Shown: piece after piece, positions 60,208-64,000 of the stretch
How the letters are laid out: the number at the start of each line of letters is the position of its first letter
Position numbering within the stretch: the stretch's first letter is position 1
NCBI GenBank assembly: GCA_947484175.1
Contig: CANKOI010000009.1
Coordinates: 5,829-69,828 of the forward strand
Length of the DNA stretch: 64,000 bases
Reading direction: 5' to 3'
Origin: Deltaproteobacteria bacterium
GTDB lineage: Bacteria > Myxococcota_A > UBA796 > SXON01
Position numbers and translations under genes: made by a program
Notes under the pieces: generated by a model
What the model was told of the DNA's origin: nothing
What the model saw: the letters and a program-made list of their open reading frames with translations, nothing else
The model's database searches: none

Positions 60208-61893
60208 ATGCACCTCCTCGCCCGTATAGGTGCTGCCATTCTCCCTATGGGCTTGGCCGCGTGTCTGGAGGAGGGCCCGCCGGTAACGCAGGCTGAACCT
60301 ACGCTTGACACCCTCGTGGTCGCCATCCCCACCGACGCAACCCACCTTCTCTCGCCGCTCGCCACCTCGTCGTTTGAGGCCTCCGTGCTCGACCTGATCG
60401 GGGCAAGGCCGCTCGACGCCGACTTCAGTTGTGAGCTCAAGTTCGAGGCGGAGCTTGCCAAGAGCTGGCAGTGGAGCACCGACGGGCTGGAGCTTGACCT
60501 GCTCCTTCGCAGCGACTTCCGCTGGGAAGACGGCACTCCGGTGACCGCCTCCGACCTCGCCCTCGCCGCGGCTCTCGCGAACGATCCCGAGGTGGCCAGT
60601 CCGCGTGCCGATGCGCACTCTCGCCTCGACCCCAAGGCCCGACCCGAGGTCGTCCACGCCCACCATGTTCGCTACCGATTCCTCGAACGGGGAAACCAGG
60701 CGAGCATGGTGGCCTCCGTGGCGCTGCTCCAGGTGGTGCCGAACCACCTCCTTGGCCTGCAGGGAATGAACCGCTCGGTGCTTCGCAGCCACCCGCTCAA
60801 TACCACCGCGCCGCTCTCTTCGGGGCGCTGGAAGGTGGCCAGCTGGGAGAAGGGCCGATCGTTGGTGCTTGAGCCGAACCCGGAGTACCCGGGCCCCGCA
60901 CCCGGGTTGCGCAAAGTGGTGTTCAACGTCGTGCCTGACTACGCGGCGCGCCTGGCGGCGATCGAGGGGGGCACCGCCGACCTCATGGAGGGCGTGCAGG
61001 TTGCCGACGCCGACGCACTGCTGACCAAGGCGCCGGGGATGCGGCTCGTCCGCCGCGGCTACCGGGCGGTGGACTACATCGGCTGGAATCAGGTGGAGCC
61101 TCCTGATGAAGCAAAAACCGCCGGCCCCGTCCCCCATCGGCTCTTCGGCGACCTCCGGGTGCGTTCCGCGCTCACTGCCGCGATCGACGTCGACCGCCTC
61201 ATCGCCGAATCCTTGACCTCCGCCGCCACCGGCGAGGTGTACGCGAAACGCTCGGTGGGCACGATCACTCCCGAACTTTGTGCGTTGCAGTCCGTGGTGC
61301 AACCCATTCCGTTCGGGACCGGCGAAGCCAAGCGTGGGCTCGCCGAAGCGGGCTGGAGCGACAGCAACGGCGATGGGGTGGTGGATCGGGAAGGCGTCGA
61401 CTTTCGGTTTTCGCTGCTGATGCCCGCCGGAAGCCCCCGCCGGGAGGTGGCGGCGGGGCTGATCCTCGCTCAACTTCGGGAAGTGGGGGTAGACGCGAGG
61501 CTCGAAGTGATCGACCCCGCCGCACTCGTACAACGGCTGCTCGCGCACGATTTCGACGCCGTGTACACGGGATGGTCGTCGGGACTTCAAGCCGACTCGC
61601 AACGCGCGTGGGCCGCGGGCAGTGACCTGAACTTCACGTCGTTCGCCGACCCGGAAGCCGAGCGCCTACTTCAGGCCGCAACAGCGGAGCCCGACACCGC
61701 CAAGGCCAACGAGCTGTGGAGCGCCTTTGAGGCGAGGGTGTACAGCCAACAGCCCTACACCTTCCTGTTCTGGGTGGACGAGATTGTTGCGGTGCACGGG
61801 CGCTTCGAGGGAGCTGGCACCGACCTCATCTCCCCGTGGCACGACCTCGCCGCATGGAAGGTGCCGGCCGACCGCGTGCGGTACTTGGAGTAG
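60208..61893 (+). CDS. ABC transporter substrate-binding lipoprotein, family 5 (peptide/nickel, OppA/DppA-like)
   Basis: MHLLARIGAAILPMGLAAC lipobox and SBP_bac_5-like segments (LAKSWQWSTDGLELDLLLRSDFRWEDG, NPEYPG, GWSDSNGDGVVDREG). Confidence 0.9.
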   Translation: MHLLARIGAAILPMGLAACLEEGPPVTQAEPTLDTLVVAIPTDATHLLSPLATSSFEASVLDLIGARPLDADFSCELKFEAELAKSWQWSTDGLELDLLLRSDFRWEDGTPVTASDLALAAALANDPEVASPRADAHSRLDPKARPEVVHAHHVRYRFLERGNQASMVASVALLQVVPNHLLGLQGMNRSVLRSHPLNTTAPLSSGRWKVASWEKGRSLVLEPNPEYPGPAPGLRKVVFNVVPDYAARLAAIEGGTADLMEGVQVADADALLTKAPGMRLVRRGYRAVDYIGWNQVEPPDEAKTAGPVPHRLFGDLRVRSALTAAIDVDRLIAESLTSAATGEVYAKRSVGTITPELCALQSVVQPIPFGTGEAKRGLAEAGWSDSNGDGVVDREGVDFRFSLLMPAGSPRREVAAGLILAQLREVGVDARLEVIDPAALVQRLLAHDFDAVYTGWSSGLQADSQRAWAAGSDLNFTSFADPEAERLLQAATAEPDTAKANELWSAFEARVYSQQPYTFLFWVDEIVAVHGRFEGAGTDLISPWHDLAAWKVPADRVRYLE

Positions 61894-61969
61894 CCAGACC
61901 GACGGCTTCGTTGTGAACGGGACGACGGACCAATAGACTCGCGGCTGCTTCTTTCCAAGGGTCGCCAAC

Positions 61970-63778
61970 ATGCCCGCCGCTAGTTTCAAGTCCGTCGCGG
62001 AGATGTTCCACCACCGGGTGCGCTCCACCCCCGACGGGGACGCCTACTATTTTCGCCGGGCGGGCGCCTGGCACACCATGCAATGGAAGGAAGTCGGCGT
62101 GCGCGCACGGAACATCGCGTGCGGCCTCCGGTCGCTAGGCATCAACGATGAGGACCGGGTGGCCATTCAGGCCGGCACCCGCGTGGAGTGGATCCTCGCC
62201 GACATGGGAATCCTCTGCGCAGGTGCGGCGTGCACGACGATCTACCCCTCCTCCACTCCGGCTGAGGTCGCCTACATCGTCGCACACAGCGCAGCGCGCA
62301 TCGTCGTGGCGGAGAACGACAAGCAGGTCGTGAAGCTCCAGCAAGCCCGCAAGGACCTGCCCAGCCTCGAGATTGTTGTCGTGATGGACGGCACCGCCAC
62401 AGCCGACGGCTGGGTGCTGACGCTGGACGACCTCGAACGACGCGGCGCCGGGTGGGATCAGGACAACCCCGGCGAGTACGATCGCGTCGCCGAAGCCATC
62501 GGTCCGGAGCGGCTCGCAACCCTCATTTACACGTCAGGCACGACGGGCAACCCTAAAGGCGTGATCCTCACGCACGACTGTTGGGTGTTCGAGGGCGAGG
62601 CCATCGACTCCATCGGCCTCTTGTCACCGGGGGACAAGCAGTTCCTCTTCCTCCCGCTCGCCCACAGCTTCGGCAAGGTGTTGGAGTGCGCTCAGTTGAG
62701 GATCGGTTTTGCCACGGCGGTTGACGGCGACATCGACTCGCTCGTGGCCAACCTCGCGGCCCAGCAACCCACGTTCATGGGGGCGGTGCCCCGCATCTTC
62801 GAGAAGGTCTACAACAAGATCGTCTCCGGGGCGAAGCAGAAGGGCGGCGCGAGCCTCAAGATCTTCCTCTGGGCGGTGGGAGTGGGCAAGGAAGTGAGCA
62901 AGCTGCGTCAGGAGCGGAAGGAGCCCGCCGGTTTCCTCGCACTGAAGTACTTGATCGCGGACCGGCTGGTCTTCCACAAAATTCGGGCGATTTTTGGCGG
63001 CAAAATTCGCTTCTTCATCTCCGGCGCCGCCCCTCTTGCCATAGAGATCGCCGAGTTCTTTCACGGCGCGGGCATCGTCATCGCCGAAGGCTACGGCCTT
63101 ACCGAATCCAGCGCGGCCAGCTTCGTGAACCGTCCGGAGGACTTTCGATTCGGCACCGTCGGCCCGCCACTGCCGGGGGTCGAAGTACAAATCGCGGGCG
63201 ACGGCGAGGTGCTGATCCGCGGTCGCGGCGTCATGCGCGGCTACTACAACCAGCCCGAACAGACCGCGGAATCCCTGAACGCGGAAGGCTGGCTCCTCAC
63301 CGGCGACATCGGCGAGATGCACAACGGCTACCTGAAGATTACCGACCGGAAGAAGGACCTCATCAAGACCTCGGGCGGCAAGTACGTGGCTCCGCAGGAG
63401 CTGGAGGGGCGGCTCAAGATGAAGAGCACGCTGATCTCCCAGGTGATCGTGCACGGCAACAACCGGAACTTCTGCTCGGCGCTAGTGAGCCTCTCGCCGG
63501 AAACGGCCCCCGGATGGGCAAACACGAACGGACTCGACGTCACCGCCTACACCGCCCTCCTCGCCCACCCGGCCGTGAAGGCCGAACTGGACGCAGCGTT
63601 CGCAGCGTTGAACAAGGAACTTCCGAGCTACTCCACGATCAAAAGGTACGCGATCCTTCCGCAGGACCTTAGCCAAGAAGAAGGCGACCTCACGCCCTCC
63701 CTCAAAGTGAAGCGGAAGGCGGTGGAATCCAAGTACAAGGACCTCCTCGATGGCTTCTACGCCAGCGCTCTCGCGTAG
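61970..63778 (+). CDS. Long-chain-fatty-acid--CoA ligase (AMP-dependent synthetase)
   Basis: IYTSGTTGNPKGVILTH AMP-binding motif, GYGLTE, TGDIG and KTSGGKYVAPQ. Confidence 0.92.
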   Translation: MPAASFKSVAEMFHHRVRSTPDGDAYYFRRAGAWHTMQWKEVGVRARNIACGLRSLGINDEDRVAIQAGTRVEWILADMGILCAGAACTTIYPSSTPAEVAYIVAHSAARIVVAENDKQVVKLQQARKDLPSLEIVVVMDGTATADGWVLTLDDLERRGAGWDQDNPGEYDRVAEAIGPERLATLIYTSGTTGNPKGVILTHDCWVFEGEAIDSIGLLSPGDKQFLFLPLAHSFGKVLECAQLRIGFATAVDGDIDSLVANLAAQQPTFMGAVPRIFEKVYNKIVSGAKQKGGASLKIFLWAVGVGKEVSKLRQERKEPAGFLALKYLIADRLVFHKIRAIFGGKIRFFISGAAPLAIEIAEFFHGAGIVIAEGYGLTESSAASFVNRPEDFRFGTVGPPLPGVEVQIAGDGEVLIRGRGVMRGYYNQPEQTAESLNAEGWLLTGDIGEMHNGYLKITDRKKDLIKTSGGKYVAPQELEGRLKMKSTLISQVIVHGNNRNFCSALVSLSPETAPGWANTNGLDVTAYTALLAHPAVKAELDAAFAALNKELPSYSTIKRYAILPQDLSQEEGDLTPSLKVKRKAVESKYKDLLDGFYASALA

Positions 63779-63806
63779 GGGGTGGCGCGGCGATAGGGGC
63801 CCCGCG

Positions 63807-64000
63807 ATGGCCTCTTCCCGCCTTCCCGGGTTCTTCCGCCTCTCCCCGCATGAGCGCCGTCGGGCCGCGCTCGAAGGGGCAGAGGGCTCTGCGGTAGGGG
63901 ATGCTTGGGGGCCCGAGGGCGGGCTGACGCTCGCGGCGGCCGAGCACATGATCGAGAACGTGGTCGGTACCTTCGCCCTGCCGAACGGCGTGGCCGTCAA
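63807..64000 (+). CDS. Hydroxymethylglutaryl-CoA reductase, class II, 3'-truncated at the window edge
   Basis: My own translation gives MASSRLPGFFRLSPHERRRAALEG...AAEHMIENVVGTFALPNGVAV. It parallels the Pseudomonas mevalonii MvaA N-terminus as I recall it (SRLPAFRNLSPAARL...MIENVIGTFELPYAVA). Confidence 0.8.
   Translation, partial: MASSRLPGFFRLSPHERRRAALEGAEGSAVGDAWGPEGGLTLAAAEHMIENVVGTFALPNGVAV

Overview
This is a very GC-rich, gene-dense bacterial chromosomal window. It most likely comes from a Myxococcota genome. The evidence is two proteins ending in MYXO-CTERM-type Cys-containing sorting tails, many lipoproteins with D/T-rich linkers, thrombospondin-type-3 (TSP3) Ca-binding repeat proteins, a large Ser/Thr kinase with a beta-propeller, and a class II HMG-CoA reductase. 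I found no rRNA, tRNA, CRISPR array or transposase/integrase.

Most of the window is housekeeping. The left edge carries an exopolysaccharide module (Wzc-like tyrosine kinase, Wzy/O-antigen-ligase-like protein with TPR tail). A long co-directional plus-strand block follows: lepA, small TM protein, pyrR, pyrB, pyrC-like, greA, recG-like, SRPBCC, GT2. Further genes are murG, a DinG-family helicase, argB-argE-like-argH divergent from carA-carB, rpsO-pnp, dut, cyaY, ffh, pgeF, rel (RelA/SpoT), two cyclophilins, an ABC ATPase, CotH, a family-5 solute-binding protein, a FadD-like acyl-CoA ligase and the 5' end of HMG-CoA reductase.

The items most worth a second look are:
1. A six-gene minus-strand cluster (19083-26876): a CbbQ/NorQ AAA+ and CbbO/NorD vWA pair, an outer-membrane barrel, a TSP3/MYXO-CTERM protein, a dienelactone hydrolase and an 84-aa polyacidic protein. 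No NOR or RuBisCO client is visible.
2. A RecG-architecture protein whose ATPase motifs I, II and VI are all degenerate.
3. A DinG helicase with an intact RadC-type JAMM/JAB motif fused at its N-terminus.
4. A Ser/Thr kinase gene bracketed by two diverged direct copies of the argH 3' end, with a gene fragment next to one copy.
5. Simple-sequence tracts (C10, C8, G8, 9-bp and 6-bp tandem repeats) sitting in signal or sorting regions of secreted proteins.

All functional calls come from motif recognition by eye on the supplied translations. No database search was possible. Start codons are often my own re-assignments and are uncertain by tens of nucleotides.
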